DNA of 64,000 nucleotides from [Phormidium] sp. ETS-05 (GTDB lineage Bacteria; Cyanobacteriota; Cyanobacteriia; Cyanobacteriales; Laspinemataceae): NCBI RefSeq assembly GCF_016446395.1, contig NZ_CP051168.1, positions 3,685,579 to 3,749,578 of the forward strand, read 5' to 3'. Shown piece by piece: positions 48,831 to 59,371 of this stretch (position 1 is its first letter; each line of letters starts with the position of its first letter). The notes under the pieces were generated by a model. It saw only the letters and a program-made list of their open reading frames with translations, ran no database searches and was not told where the DNA came from. The position numbers and the translations under genes were made by a program.

Positions 48831-49303
48831 ACTTGCATATAAACTGCCTCAGAAACCACGGGCATTTCCGCATAGCGACCGCTCAGGGACTGCACCACCG
48901 CATAGCCACAAGCGGCTACTGTGGCGATAAATACCATATTGAATAGGGTTTCACCTACCAGACCGATCGGCAGGGCTTTAATGAAAATCGGCAAAATCAG
49001 CGAGCAAAGGAATAGTACGATGTCGAGCAAAATTGCCTGCATCGCATTAAACCGAATGAAGTGGGCGATATTTTGGTTTCTCACCACTCCGAGAAACAGA
49101 GCCATGAAAATAATCAGGCTGGCAAAAGGGATGCTGTTGTAAATCTGGAATCTCAAAACAATCAGGGGCATACATAGCTGCCCGAGGATGGGAAACTGTC
49201 GAAATAAATACTCGCCAAAGAGTACCCCTTCCATCAGGGGCATCAGGTAAGGCAAGCAAGCAAAAATCCGATCGCCAGTGGTCGTAGCGCCGCGCCAAGT
49301 CAT
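48824..49303 (-). CDS. Tic20-like integral membrane protein (4 predicted transmembrane helices)
   Basis: ...DRIFACLPYLMPLMEG... and ...FIRFNAMQAILLDIVLF... resemble Tic20-family signature regions. Called from memory of the family, not from a search. Confidence 0.45.
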   Translation of the reverse strand: MTWRGATTTGDRIFACLPYLMPLMEGVLFGEYLFRQFPILGQLCMPLIVLRFQIYNSIPFASLIIFMALFLGVVRNQNIAHFIRFNAMQAILLDIVLFLCSLILPIFIKALPIGLVGETLFNMVFIATVAACGYAVVQSLSGRYAEMPVVSEAVYMQVR

Positions 49304-49442
49304 GAGCGTGATTTCCTCAAATAACTGTTTACTGCTATCTTGGGTGATAAGCTCAGGATAGCGCAGTCATGGCAAATTCGCCCCTAGGGCGGCCCGGTCT
49401 AGGGCTCGATGCAGGCGGCCACTATGCAACTACAGCCAAAAA

Positions 49443-49673
49443 TTATTTGATATGGGCAACGCGGAAACCCATCTGACACTCGTATTGATCGGGTTGATGA
49501 ATAGCAATTTTGCTAATCGCATGGCCGCAAGTGAGATGACCATCACGCCAGCGGGGTTGACCGCTGCGATCGGCCAGCAAACAGTTTTGACAAACTTGTG
49601 CCGGAGAGAGCATCTGCTCTTCCATTAAAATCACAAGCATCTCACACCTCCTGTGGAAGCTCCCCTCTACCAT
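49443..49673 (-). CDS. small Cys/His-containing hypothetical protein
   Basis: A 76-aa ORF: CQNCLLADRSGQPRW..GHLTCGHAI...YECQ. The start is probably internal. No family recognised. Confidence 0.25.
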   Translation of the reverse strand: MVEGSFHRRCEMLVILMEEQMLSPAQVCQNCLLADRSGQPRWRDGHLTCGHAISKIAIHQPDQYECQMGFRVAHIK

Positions 49674-50207
49674 TAATTGTATGTCAAGTCAATCGGTAGG
49701 GAGATGTCAAAATTAATACGTTTTAGCCAAAATTTTTTGGGAGAGTTGGTAGGGTGGGCATTGCCAGAAAAATAATTTAGCTCTGCAATTGCTGCACCCA
49801 AGGCAGATGCCCACCCTACAGAGGTATTAGAGAATCAGAGAAACAGGCATCCCCCAACCCCCTTTGAAAGAGGGGCAAGAGGAAGTATAGGGACAGGTAT
49901 CCTCCCCAAAACCAAAGACGGGATGTGGGGGGCGAAGAAAGGAGGGCTTGACACCCCAGGGGCAGAGTGGTCAAAAAGGACATAAAATGCTAGATTACCC
50001 AACGGCGATGTTTTCCTGTTATGGGTCAACCACCAAGAAGCATCCCGCCGGTTGAGGCGGCCTTAAGGGGCGCCAAAGAAACCGGGTTTCTCTGAAGAAC
50101 CTCGGACAAAGACGGTTTCTGCCCTTTTGACAAATAAATTAACTTTTTGACATCGCTCCTGTCTGTCCAGCCTCTTCCCCAGCCAGTATTCCAGTGAGGT
50201 TTCATTC

Positions 50208-51518
50208 GTGACTCAGACTAATTTAGACGTACTTGCTACCACTGACCCCGCAGTATCTGGATTGATTGCCCGGGAACTGCAACGCCAGAGAGACCACCTA
50301 GAACTGATTGCCAGTGAAAACTTTGCCTCGGCGGCGGTGCTGGCAGCTCAAGGCTCAGTGTTGACTAACAAGTATGCAGAAGGTTTGCCCGGAAAGCGCT
50401 ACTATGGCGGTTGCGAGTTTATTGATGACATTGAGCAACTGGCGATCGACCGGGTAAAACAAATCTTCGGCGCTGCTCATGCCAATGTCCAACCTCATTC
50501 CGGCGCTCAAGCTAATTTTGCCGTATTTCTCGCGCTCCTAGAACCCGGGGACACGATTATGGGGATGGACCTGTCCCACGGCGGACACCTCACCCACGGT
50601 TCGCCGGTGAATGTCTCGGGCAAGTGGTTCCAAGTGAAGCATTACGGTGTCAGTCAGGAAACCGAACAGCTAGACTACGACCAGATTTTGGCTTTGGCGA
50701 AGCAGCATCAGCCAAAAATGATTATCTGCGGCTATTCCGCTTATCCCCGCGTCATCGATTTTGAGAAATTCCGCAGCATCGCTGACGAAGTGGGTGCCTA
50801 TTTGATGGCGGATATCGCCCATATCGCTGGTTTGGTGGCGACGGGACACCACCCCAACCCGATCGCTCACTGTCATGTAGTCACTACCACCACCCATAAA
50901 ACTCTGCGTGGACCTCGTGGGGGGCTGATTATGACGGCGGACCCGGAATTGGGCAAGAAGTTTGATAAGGCAGTGTTTCCCGGCACCCAGGGGGGTCCGT
51001 TAGAACATGTGATCGCGGCGAAGGCGGTGGCTTTTGGGGAAGCTCTCAAGCCAGAGTTTAAGGCTTATTCGGGTCAGGTGATTGCTAATGCCCGGGCGAT
51101 GGCGGCTCGGTTGGTGGCGCGGGGATTTAAGCTGGTATCCGGGGGAACAGATAATCATTTGATGCTGGTGGATTTGCGCAGCATTGGCATGACGGGGAAA
51201 GCTGCTGATAAACTGCTCTCAGAAGTGAACATTACGGCGAATAAAAATACGGTGCCTTTTGATCCGGAGTCGCCTTTTGTCACTAGCGGTCTGCGTTTGG
51301 GGTCTCCGGCGATGACGAGTCGGGGAATGGGGACGGCGGAATTTGAGGAAATTGCTGATATTATTAGCGATCGGCTTCTCAATCCCGCTGACGATAAGTC
51401 GGCGCAAAACTGCCGCGATCGGGTAGCATCCCTTTGCCAGCGCTTCCCCTTATACAGCAATGACTCTGGCCAAAATACTTCTTTCCAGAGCATATCTGAG
51501 CCCGCCTTGGTGAGCTAA
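50208..51518 (+). CDS. glyA: serine hydroxymethyltransferase
   Basis: [40 protein letters not shown]..., and the PLP-Lys region [17 protein letters not shown] start. Confidence 0.95.
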   Translation: MTQTNLDVLATTDPAVSGLIARELQRQRDHLELIASENFASAAVLAAQGSVLTNKYAEGLPGKRYYGGCEFIDDIEQLAIDRVKQIFGAAHANVQPHSGAQANFAVFLALLEPGDTIMGMDLSHGGHLTHGSPVNVSGKWFQVKHYGVSQETEQLDYDQILALAKQHQPKMIICGYSAYPRVIDFEKFRSIADEVGAYLMADIAHIAGLVATGHHPNPIAHCHVVTTTTHKTLRGPRGGLIMTADPELGKKFDKAVFPGTQGGPLEHVIAAKAVAFGEALKPEFKAYSGQVIANARAMAARLVARGFKLVSGGTDNHLMLVDLRSIGMTGKAADKLLSEVNITANKNTVPFDPESPFVTSGLRLGSPAMTSRGMGTAEFEEIADIISDRLLNPADDKSAQNCRDRVASLCQRFPLYSNDSGQNTSFQSISEPALVS

Positions 51519-51720
51519 GTTAAGGGTGAATTCCTCAGCATGAACCCAGGGGTATTTGGGGTTTCACCCCCTACCCCTGCCGGAATTTCTCACAGAGGAG
51601 TATCAAATCCCGAAATTGGCCACAATAGTCCCCGATCGTTGCTGAGTTCGGTCATAAATGTAGTAAATGTAGGTAGATTTGCCTCAAAATTTGTTCTTAT
51701 TCAAGCGGAAATAATTTCAG

Positions 51721-52773
51721 ATGCCTTACCATCTGTACCACCTCGCTGCCTTTACCGTCTCCGCCCTTGTAGTTCTCGCGACCACCCCAGTCGTGAAACA
51801 TGTTGGCATCAAAAGTGGCCGTGTCGATCTGCCGGGAAAACGCAAAGTACACAGCCAACCGATGGTGCGTCTGGGAGGAGTATCGATATTTTTGGGCAGT
51901 GTTATTGCCTTGTTGATTGTCTGGACTCTGGGCGGCTTCGGCGTTTTGCCCCCGCATAAAGAGTACGAGATTTGGGGCGTCACCATTGGCGGTTTGGCCT
52001 TCTTCCTGATTGGTTTAACTGATGACCTGTTCGGCTTGTCCCCATTTGTGCGGCTATTCGTGCAAACTGTGGTGGCTGGTCTAGCTTGGAAAGTGGGGGT
52101 GCAAATCGACTTCATCACGATTCCCTTTGTGGGATTGGTGAATTTCCCGGACTGGATTGGGTTCCCCGTTACCGTGGTGTGGCTGGTGGGGATGACTAAT
52201 GCCATCAACTGGATTGACGGTTTAGACGGTTTAGCTGCAGGGGTTTCCGGTATCGCCGCCGTGGTGATGCTGATTGTGAGTCTGTTTATGAACCAACCCG
52301 GTGCGGCTTTAATTGCCGCTGCTTTGGCTGGGGGGACTCTAGCATTCCTGCGCTATAATTTCAACCCCGCTCAGATTTTTATGGGAGATGGCGGCTCTTA
52401 TTATCTGGGATTCACTTTGGCGGGGGTGGGGGCGATCGGCTTGGTGAAAACCACCGCCGTCACCGCCGTGGTTCTGCCTTACATCATCTTGGCAGTGCCG
52501 ATTTTGGATATGTCCGCCGTGATTTTAGACCGCCTGCGCAATGGCAAATCGCCTTTTGCCGCTGACAAGCGACATTTACACCATCGCTTGCTCGCTGCAG
52601 GTCTATCCCACCGGTTGACGGTGTTGTTTATTTACTCTTTGACTCTCTGGGTGGGGAGTTTGGCTTTGGCTTTTGCGGGAATACCCAGTGGTTTAACTTT
52701 CGCCCTGGGTGCTACGGTGTTGCTCACCTACACCACTTGGAAAGTGAGAGAACACGCCAGTAGGCAGTCATAG
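51721..52773 (+). CDS. glycosyltransferase family 4 polyprenyl-phosphate N-acetylhexosamine-1-phosphate transferase (MraY/WecA superfamily, WecA/TagO-like)
   Basis: Ten or so transmembrane helices. TDDLFGLSPFVRLF, NAINWIDGLDGLAAG, and DKRHLHHRLL (the WecA-type His motif rather than the MraY PIHHHFE). Confidence 0.75.
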   Translation: MPYHLYHLAAFTVSALVVLATTPVVKHVGIKSGRVDLPGKRKVHSQPMVRLGGVSIFLGSVIALLIVWTLGGFGVLPPHKEYEIWGVTIGGLAFFLIGLTDDLFGLSPFVRLFVQTVVAGLAWKVGVQIDFITIPFVGLVNFPDWIGFPVTVVWLVGMTNAINWIDGLDGLAAGVSGIAAVVMLIVSLFMNQPGAALIAAALAGGTLAFLRYNFNPAQIFMGDGGSYYLGFTLAGVGAIGLVKTTAVTAVVLPYIILAVPILDMSAVILDRLRNGKSPFAADKRHLHHRLLAAGLSHRLTVLFIYSLTLWVGSLALAFAGIPSGLTFALGATVLLTYTTWKVREHASRQS

Positions 52774-52837
52774 GTGTTTTAGTGTCCTGTGTAGTTGGTA
52801 TATTACCCATGAAGCCATCAAAAATCAACAAGTAAAA

Positions 52838-54094
52838 ATGACTGCCGAAATTATTTGCGTGGGTACAGAGTTGCTGTTGGGGGAAATCCTCAACAGCAAC
52901 TCTCAGTTTTTGGCGCTGCAACTGGCTGAGTTAGGGATTCCTCACTACTATCAAACGGTGGTGGGGGATAACCCGGAGCGGATTCATCGGGTTTTGGAAA
53001 TCGCGATCGCCCGTTCTTCATCTATCCTCATCTTTACTGGCGGTCTCGGTCCGACCCCAGACGACCTGACTCACGAAACCCTCGCCCAGTTTTTTGGCGT
53101 TCCACTGGTGGAACAGCCAGAAGTCATCGCCGATATCGAGCGCAAGTACGCTGCCCGAGGGCGCGAAATGACTCCGAGCAACCGCAAGCAGGGTTTTATC
53201 CCCGCCGGTGCCCAAATTTTGCCTAATCCTTCTGGGACAGCTCCCGGTATTGTTTGGCAGGCGCAACCAAATCTAACTATCCTCACTTTTCCTGGTGTCC
53301 CTGCGGAAATGCACCTGATGTGGCAACAAACTGCCATCCCTTATTTGAAAAGTCAAGGCTGGGGCAGCTCCATTATCTACAGCAAGACTTTAAGGTTTTG
53401 GGGCATTGCTGAGTCAGCTTTAGCGGAGAAGGTTCGCCCCTTGTTTGACCTGACTAACCCCACGGTGGCTCCCTACGCTAGTAAGGGTGAGGTGCGGTTG
53501 CGGGTTTCGGCCAAAACAGCCTCTCCCGAAGCTGCTACAGCTATTATCGAGCCGGTGGCGGCGAAAATTCGGGCGATCGCTGGTGCGGACTATTTTGGTG
53601 CGGATGAGGATACTTTGGCTTCTGTGGTGGGGCAGTTGCTGCGCGATCGGGGCCAAACCCTAGCGGTGGCGGAATCTTGCACTGGTGGCGGTTTGGGCCA
53701 GATGATAACGGCAATTTCTGGCAGTTCTGATTATTTCTTGGGTGGGGTGATTGCTTACCACAATTCGGTAAAAATGTCAAGTCTCGGAGTTAACCAGCAA
53801 TCTCTCGTAACTATGGGGGCCGTGAGCGCAGAAGTAGCGCAGCAAATGGCGGCGGGGGTACGTCAGAGTTTGGGCGCCAATTGGGGCCTAAGCATCACAG
53901 GGATCGCCGGACCCGGCGGAGGAAGCGAAGAGAAACCAGTGGGATTGGTTTATATCGGGTTAGCTGGACCCCATGGTGAGGCTGTAGCTTTTGAGCATCG
54001 ATTTGGGTCCATGCGGGGCCGGGATTGGGTGCGCCATTTGAGCGCTTGCACCGCCTTGGATACCCTGCGGCGAAAAATGTTAAGCATTGCTTAA
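52838..54094 (+). CDS. cinA: competence/damage-inducible protein CinA (nicotinamide-nucleotide amidohydrolase PncC family)
   Basis: MTAEIICVGTELLLGEILNSNSQFLALQLAELGI..., with an N-terminal MoCF-binding-like domain and a C-terminal CinA domain. 418 aa. Confidence 0.9.
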   Translation: MTAEIICVGTELLLGEILNSNSQFLALQLAELGIPHYYQTVVGDNPERIHRVLEIAIARSSSILIFTGGLGPTPDDLTHETLAQFFGVPLVEQPEVIADIERKYAARGREMTPSNRKQGFIPAGAQILPNPSGTAPGIVWQAQPNLTILTFPGVPAEMHLMWQQTAIPYLKSQGWGSSIIYSKTLRFWGIAESALAEKVRPLFDLTNPTVAPYASKGEVRLRVSAKTASPEAATAIIEPVAAKIRAIAGADYFGADEDTLASVVGQLLRDRGQTLAVAESCTGGGLGQMITAISGSSDYFLGGVIAYHNSVKMSSLGVNQQSLVTMGAVSAEVAQQMAAGVRQSLGANWGLSITGIAGPGGGSEEKPVGLVYIGLAGPHGEAVAFEHRFGSMRGRDWVRHLSACTALDTLRRKMLSIA

Positions 54095-54109
54095 CATTTT
54101 TGGGGAACA

Positions 54110-54139
54110 GGACAAAACGCTATAGATAGCGTTTTGTCT
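54110..54139. terminator. hairpin ACAAAACGC-tatagata-GCGTTTTGT just after cinA (possible terminator; T-run upstream, A-run downstream)
   Basis: A 9-bp perfect stem. The flanking-tract orientation is ambiguous for either strand. Confidence 0.35.
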
Positions 54140-54348
54140 GATAAAAAATTCTACATATAGAGTCTCTATGGTGCGGGAGGGGGGCAAGTACCCCCCAAAA
54201 AGCCGGTTTGATAGTTGTAATAGCACTTGCTCATTTTTCAGGATTGGTTATCATCAAATTAAGGAGTAAAAACCTGCTGTGGGCAAACCGCAAGCGTTAA
54301 TGATGCACAGTAGATTTCCCGGCTGCACTGAAGGAGCTTGAGCTGAAA

Positions 54349-54486
54349 ATGGAATACATCGAAAAAGTTCTGGAAAAACTTAAAGAATGGACTCGCAAGC
54401 TGATTGAGGCTCTGTTAGGCCCGGAAGCGGAGCCGGAACCGGAACTGATTCCGATCCCAGTCCATGAACCCAACCGCCGTCGTTAG
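54349..54486 (+). CDS. 45-aa micro-ORF directly upstream of aroQ, hypothetical
   Basis: [51 protein letters not shown] sits 12 nt upstream of the ATG. It ends 7 nt before the aroQ ATG. Confidence 0.3.
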   Translation: MEYIEKVLEKLKEWTRKLIEALLGPEAEPEPELIPIPVHEPNRRR

Positions 54487-54493
54487 TCCAGAT

Positions 54494-54961
54494 ATGGCTC
54501 CTGTAGGGCAACTGGACGAGTTAAGCATCCTCATCCTGCACGGGCCAAACCTAAATTTTTTGGGTCGGAGAGAACCAGGGGTTTATGGTTTGGCTACTTT
54601 AGATGATATCAACCGCTCGCTAGAGAAGGCGGCTGAAAATTTGCGCGTGCAGGTGTCGGCGTTACAGTCTAATCACGAAGGTGTGCTGGTTGATGCAATT
54701 CAGGCAGCTTGGGGAACGCATCAGGGAATTTTGATTAACCCTGGTGCTTATACCCATACCAGTGTAGCGATTAGAGATGCGATCGCAGCGGTGAATATCC
54801 CCACGGTGGAAGTCCACCTCAGCAATATCTATCGGCGGGAGGAGTTCCGCCACCACTCCTATATCGCACCCGTGGCGATCGGCCAAATTAGCGGTTTCGG
54901 CGCCGATAGCTACCGTCTCGGTTTAGAAGCATTGGCCCACCACCTGCGTCATCTCCCTTGA
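54494..54961 (+). CDS. aroQ: 3-dehydroquinate dehydratase, type II
   Basis: [21 protein letters not shown]..., [15 protein letters not shown]. Confidence 0.9.
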   Translation: MAPVGQLDELSILILHGPNLNFLGRREPGVYGLATLDDINRSLEKAAENLRVQVSALQSNHEGVLVDAIQAAWGTHQGILINPGAYTHTSVAIRDAIAAVNIPTVEVHLSNIYRREEFRHHSYIAPVAIGQISGFGADSYRLGLEALAHHLRHLP

Positions 54962-55009
54962 GCAAATTCTCTCCTCATTTCATATGAATTAATCTATAAT
55001 AGTAAAGTT

Positions 55010-55085
55010 CTGTAGGGTGGGCAGTGCCAACTACAGAACACTGGTTATCAAAAGAATTCTGATTCAGGCACTGCCCACCCTACAA
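55010..55085. mobile_element. MITE-like hairpin element, family B copy
   Basis: ctgtagggtgggcagtgcc...ggcactgcccaccctacaaagg. Confidence 0.6.
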
Positions 55086-55228
55086 AGGCTCACTCCTATG
55101 AATATGTCGCATAAGAGTAAAGCCCAGTTTTTACTAAAAAACCAATTTAACGAAAATCAAACCTGCCAGAGGTTATGTGTATAATAATCTCTGGCAATTA
55201 TTTTATTCATGTAATCTCGGAGGCTGTG

Positions 55229-55828
55229 ATGATAGCTGAAATCGAAAAACGCCACTACACCCCAGAAGAATATCTGGCTCTAGAAGAAACGGCGGAGTTT
55301 AAAAGCGAGTATCACGACGGAGAAATCATCCCTATGACGGGCGGCACTACTAACCACAATCAGATTGCCGGTAATTTTTACGCTTATTGTAAGTTGGCTA
55401 TGAAGCAGCAAAATTACAAGATATTTATTGGTGATGTGCGGTTGGGACTGCCCCGTTTTCGCCGATATGTCTATCCCGACTTGATGATAATTGAGGGGAA
55501 ACCGGTTTATGATGGTTCTGGCCAAACCACCGTCACTAATCCCTTGGTGATTATTGAGGTACTGTCACCATCAACGGTGAATTATGATAAAGGGAATAAA
55601 TTTTATTTTTATCGCTCAATTCCAGAATTTCGGGAATATATTCTGATTGACCAATATCAATATCACGTGGAGCAGTATGCTAAAACGGCGGAAAATAAAT
55701 GGCTCTTGACTGAGTATGACGGGCAAGAGGCAGTATTGGCGATGACGGCGGTTAATTTAGAAATTCCCCTGCTGGATTTGTATGAAGGCGTGGAATTTGA
55801 GGTGGGGGATGAATTACCAGCTAGCTAG
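55229..55828 (+). CDS. Uma2 family endonuclease (DUF820, putative restriction-endonuclease-like fold)
   Basis: MIAEIEKRHYTPEEYLALEE...PDLMIIEG...IIEVLSPST...D...K..Y is the PD-(D/E)xK-like Uma2 pattern. GGAGG RBS upstream of the ATG at 55229. Confidence 0.8.
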   Translation: MIAEIEKRHYTPEEYLALEETAEFKSEYHDGEIIPMTGGTTNHNQIAGNFYAYCKLAMKQQNYKIFIGDVRLGLPRFRRYVYPDLMIIEGKPVYDGSGQTTVTNPLVIIEVLSPSTVNYDKGNKFYFYRSIPEFREYILIDQYQYHVEQYAKTAENKWLLTEYDGQEAVLAMTAVNLEIPLLDLYEGVEFEVGDELPAS

Positions 55829-55982
55829 GAAAAGCCAGATAGTCTGACGGGGAAAAGGCATCTGAATCGACCTCTGGCCAAAATTAACCTATGGGTGAGC
55901 GCATAAATTTCTGGTTGTTGCCCCAAATATAATATAGAAGAGGGCATCTTCAGAAAGTCTGTGCAGATTAAGGAGCCTGAAT

Positions 55983-57368
55983 ATGAGTACAACCGATGAT
56001 TTGCTCGCCCAAGCGGGTTATCTGACGGAATTTGACAAACAAGTGATTGCCGAGGTGAATAAGGCTCGGCAAAATCCGGCGGCTTATGCCGAGGTTTTGG
56101 CAGCTATGCGCCCATCTTACAATGGGCAAGAAGGAGTGGCCGCACTGGATGAAGCGATCGCCTTTCTCCGAGCCGCCAGTCCTCTCCCACCCCTGCAACC
56201 CTCACCAGGGATGTCAATGGCGGCGACGGATCACGTCAATGATACTGGCCCGAAAGGCATCGTCAGTCACGATGGCACCGATGGGAGTAGTATTCGCGAA
56301 AGAATCGATCGCTACGGCGACGGGGGTGGTTACGCCGGAGAAAACATCAGCTATGGTATGAACTCCCCGCAAGATGTAGCAGCTCAGCTCATTATCGATG
56401 ATGGGGTTCCCTCTCGTGGCCATCGGGAGAATATTTTTAACCCGCAATATCAGTTTATTGGTGTGGATACTGGCTCTCACGCTCAGTATCAGACGATGAC
56501 GGTCCTCAATTTTGCTGGACAGTACACAGAAGATGCCAGCGTCACTCCTGTGCAGCCACCACCAATAGGAGACCCGATACCAGAACCGATAGGACTGACA
56601 CTGCAGCCACCCGAACCCCCAGTTCCAGTATCGCCGCCACGGGGAGAGGTGATGCCAGAATTCCGCCGCCAGAATTGGGCGGGGATAACGGAACCGGCAA
56701 ATCAGTCTTTTGTATTTGCGGATTTTTCCACGGGGAATGATGCGATGGAGCTAACCCCGGAAACCAGCCGCCAAAACCCCGGAGGAGTGCGGGCTTTTGA
56801 TGGGGATGATTTGATTGTGGGGTCGATCGATCGGGATATCGTCAACGGCAACCGAGGCAACGATAGTATCCAGGGTGGGGAGGGGGATGATTACCTGCGT
56901 GGCGGTCAAGATAATGACTCGATCGAGGGTAATGGTGGGAATGATATTGTCAACGGCAATAAGGGTGAGGATATCGTAGATGGCGGCGCCGGTGATGATT
57001 TGGTGCGCGGCGGTCAGGGGAATGATTTGTTAATTGGCGGTGATGGGGATGATGTGTTAATTGGGGATTTTGGTACTGATAGCCTCACCGGGGGCGCTGG
57101 TGCCGATAAGTTTATCATCCGCGCCGATACGGCGGCTGGCCAAACTAATGTCAATTTAGCCGACCGGATTACCGATTTTGGCACTGGCGATGAAATTGTG
57201 ATTGTGGGCAACCAAGAACAGATTCAGTTAGTCGCCAGTGGTAGTGATACGGTGATTCAGTTGAGCGGCGGCGATATTGTGGCATTGGTGGCAAATGTGA
57301 CGCCGGAGAATTTGCCGGGGTCAATTTTGGCTGCCTTTGGTGGCGATGGCGGGATGACGATCGGTTAA
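55983..57368 (+). CDS. secreted CAP/SCP (PR-1-like) domain protein with C-terminal RTX calcium-binding nonapeptide repeats
   Basis: CAP region ...GENISYGMNSPQDVAAQLIIDDGVPSRGHRENIFNPQYQFIGVD. RTX repeats GGEGDDYLRGGQDNDSIEGNGGNDIVNGNKGEDIVDGGAGDDLVRGGQGNDLLIGGDGDDVLIG. No signal peptide, which would be consistent with type I secretion. Confidence 0.75.
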   Translation: MSTTDDLLAQAGYLTEFDKQVIAEVNKARQNPAAYAEVLAAMRPSYNGQEGVAALDEAIAFLRAASPLPPLQPSPGMSMAATDHVNDTGPKGIVSHDGTDGSSIRERIDRYGDGGGYAGENISYGMNSPQDVAAQLIIDDGVPSRGHRENIFNPQYQFIGVDTGSHAQYQTMTVLNFAGQYTEDASVTPVQPPPIGDPIPEPIGLTLQPPEPPVPVSPPRGEVMPEFRRQNWAGITEPANQSFVFADFSTGNDAMELTPETSRQNPGGVRAFDGDDLIVGSIDRDIVNGNRGNDSIQGGEGDDYLRGGQDNDSIEGNGGNDIVNGNKGEDIVDGGAGDDLVRGGQGNDLLIGGDGDDVLIGDFGTDSLTGGAGADKFIIRADTAAGQTNVNLADRITDFGTGDEIVIVGNQEQIQLVASGSDTVIQLSGGDIVALVANVTPENLPGSILAAFGGDGGMTIG

Positions 57369-57384
57369 TTGCCATGATTTGAGC

Positions 57385-57445
57385 CGATTGGTGGGGGCAA
57401 GGCATCAGCAAAATTAGGGTTTAAAATAAATCTGAATCATGCCTT
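57385..57445. terminator. 12-bp perfect inverted repeat GGGGCAAGGCAT...ATGCCTTGCCCC after the first RTX gene
   Basis: Seen directly. A second, larger hairpin TAGGGGGGAAGCATTCGGG...CCCGAATGCTTCCCCCCTACA lies at 57496-57570. Confidence 0.4.
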
Positions 57446-57554
57446 GCCCCTCACTATGCTTGAGTGGTGGGGCTGTTGCGAGAGATAACTCGCCGTAGGG
57501 GGGAAGCATTCGGGTCATAAATTTTGGGTTTTTTGCCAGACATTCCTCGCCCGA

Positions 57555-59272
57555 ATGCTTCCCCCCTACAAAATCGGGATGTATTTTTTGGATAACCAGT
57601 CTCAAACCACAGGAGCAGGAGCAGAGATTATGGCAGGTCTGACAGGGACAGAAGTGGATGATTTATTGGAGGGGACGGAAGCGGCAGACGAGATTTTCGG
57701 ACTGGTGGGCAATGATGTAGTTATTGGCTCCGATGGGGATGACTTGCTCAGTGGCAACCAGGGGAACGATCGCCTATTTGGCGGTCCCGGTGAAGATACC
57801 ATTTATGGGGGACAAGACAACGATTTAATCCAGGCTGGGGAAGATGAGGACTTGATTTTTGGCGATCGTTCCCCCGATCGCATCTGGGGAGATGGCGGCG
57901 ATGATACCATCTTTGGTGGCTTAGGCAGCGATATCTTATATGGCAACACCGGTACTGATGAACTCTATGGCAACCAAAGTGACGATACCATCTATGGCGG
58001 CCAAAATAACGATACCCTCTGGGGAGGCACTGGTAACGACTTCCTCTCCGGCGACTTAGACAATGATTTGCTGTTTGGCGACCAAGGCACAAACACCCTC
58101 GTCGGTGGTTCTGGTCGGGATATCTTTTTTTGCAAAAGAAATTTGGCAACCCTACCGCTGAAACCGCCAATATTATCAACGACTTCACCAAAGGCGAAGA
58201 TATCATCGGCTTAGAACAAGACCTCACCTTTGGGGAATTGAATATTTCTCAAGGTGTGGGGGAATTTCAAAACGACACGGTAATCAGGGATAAAAATACC
58301 GGCATTTTCTTTGCTATCTTAAAAAATGTCACGAGCAGCACTCTCACCGCCTCAGATTTCGGCAGTAATCTCACTGATAGCGATATTGACGACATTACCG
58401 ATGATGACAATAACCCAGCAAATGACCCGCCCACATTCAATTTTGCCCAGGGAAACTACAACTATAACGAAGGTACTGGCGGGCCATTTGTCTCGGTGAC
58501 GGTTAATCGCTCTGGCGATACCAGCACGATCGTCACTGTAGATTACAACAGTAAAGATGGCACTGCTAAAGCTGGGGCAGACTACGATCGAGTCAGTGGC
58601 TCCCTGGTGTTCAACCCCGGAGAAACCAGCGACTCTTTCCTCGTTCCCATCCGGGACGACCTCATCTATGAAGGAGAAGAATTTTTCAATATAGAGCTGA
58701 TTAGCACTTTTGGCGGCGCTCGTCTCGGAGAACTCAGTACCGCTTTCGTCACCATCCTAGATGATGAAGCCTTTCCCGCTCCCAGCTTCAAACAATCGAA
58801 CTTCACCGTTGGCGAAGCCAGTGGGAACGCCACAATTACTCTCACCCTCAACAACATCAGCGATGTGCCCCTGGTGGTTAACTATGCCACCAGCGATGGC
58901 ACCGCCACGGCGGGAAATGACTACCAGGCGACATCCGGGAGCCTACAATTCCTCCCCGGTCAGCAGGAACTAACCTTTACCGTCCCTATAATCAACGACA
59001 CTACCGGAGAGCCTAACGAAACCATTAATCTTAGCCTGACCAGCTCGAGCGGTGGCGATAGCTTAAATACAGCGACTCTGACAATTACTGATGATGATGG
59101 TGGCGCCCCAGCAATACAGTCTCAAAATCGCCTGCCGAACTTTGCGATCGTCGAGTCCACCTGGGAAGCTGTCGCCACCCCAAGTAACTTGGGGGCTGAC
59201 GTTGCTCCCCTTGTGGCTGTAACACCAGATAGTGATTTGTCATTGGTCATTGGCAATTTATCATTTGATTAA
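57555..59272 (+). pseudogene. RTX-repeat plus Calx-beta domain secreted protein, interrupted by a -1 frameshift in a T7 homopolymer (58125-58131)
   Basis: ORF 57555-58214 ends ...GGSGRDIFF|CKRN. ORF 58130-59272 starts (L)QKKFGNPTAETANIINDFTKGEDIIGLEQDL, which is the canonical continuation of an RTX C-terminus. With T8 the two read through as DIFFLQKKFGNP. The downstream part has Calx-beta-like units (DYNSKDGTAKAGADYDRVSGSLVFNPGETSDSFLVPIRDD...). The true start may be MAGLTGTEVDD. Confidence 0.7.
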
Positions 59273-59371
59273 CTACTTTGTTTATATGAATAAAGTAGTT
59301 AATCTTTTTGCTAGAAAAAGTATTCACGCAAATGACAAATAACAAATGACAAATGACAAATGACAAATGAC

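Noticed and set aside
51540-52208. ORFs of 139 aa (+) and 160 aa (-) overlapping the WecA/MraY-family gene.
   Set aside because: They overlap or are antisense to a gene with clear GT4 transmembrane motifs.
51721-52773. Considered calling this mraY (phospho-MurNAc-pentapeptide transferase).
   Set aside because: The His-motif is DKRHLHHRLL (WecA/TagO type) rather than the MraY PIHHHFE context, and the N-terminal MraY-specific region is absent. Kept at family level.
54110-54139. Considered a definite rho-independent terminator for cinA.
   Set aside because: The stem is good, but the U-tract orientation fits neither strand cleanly (T-run upstream, A-run downstream). Reported only as a possible hairpin.
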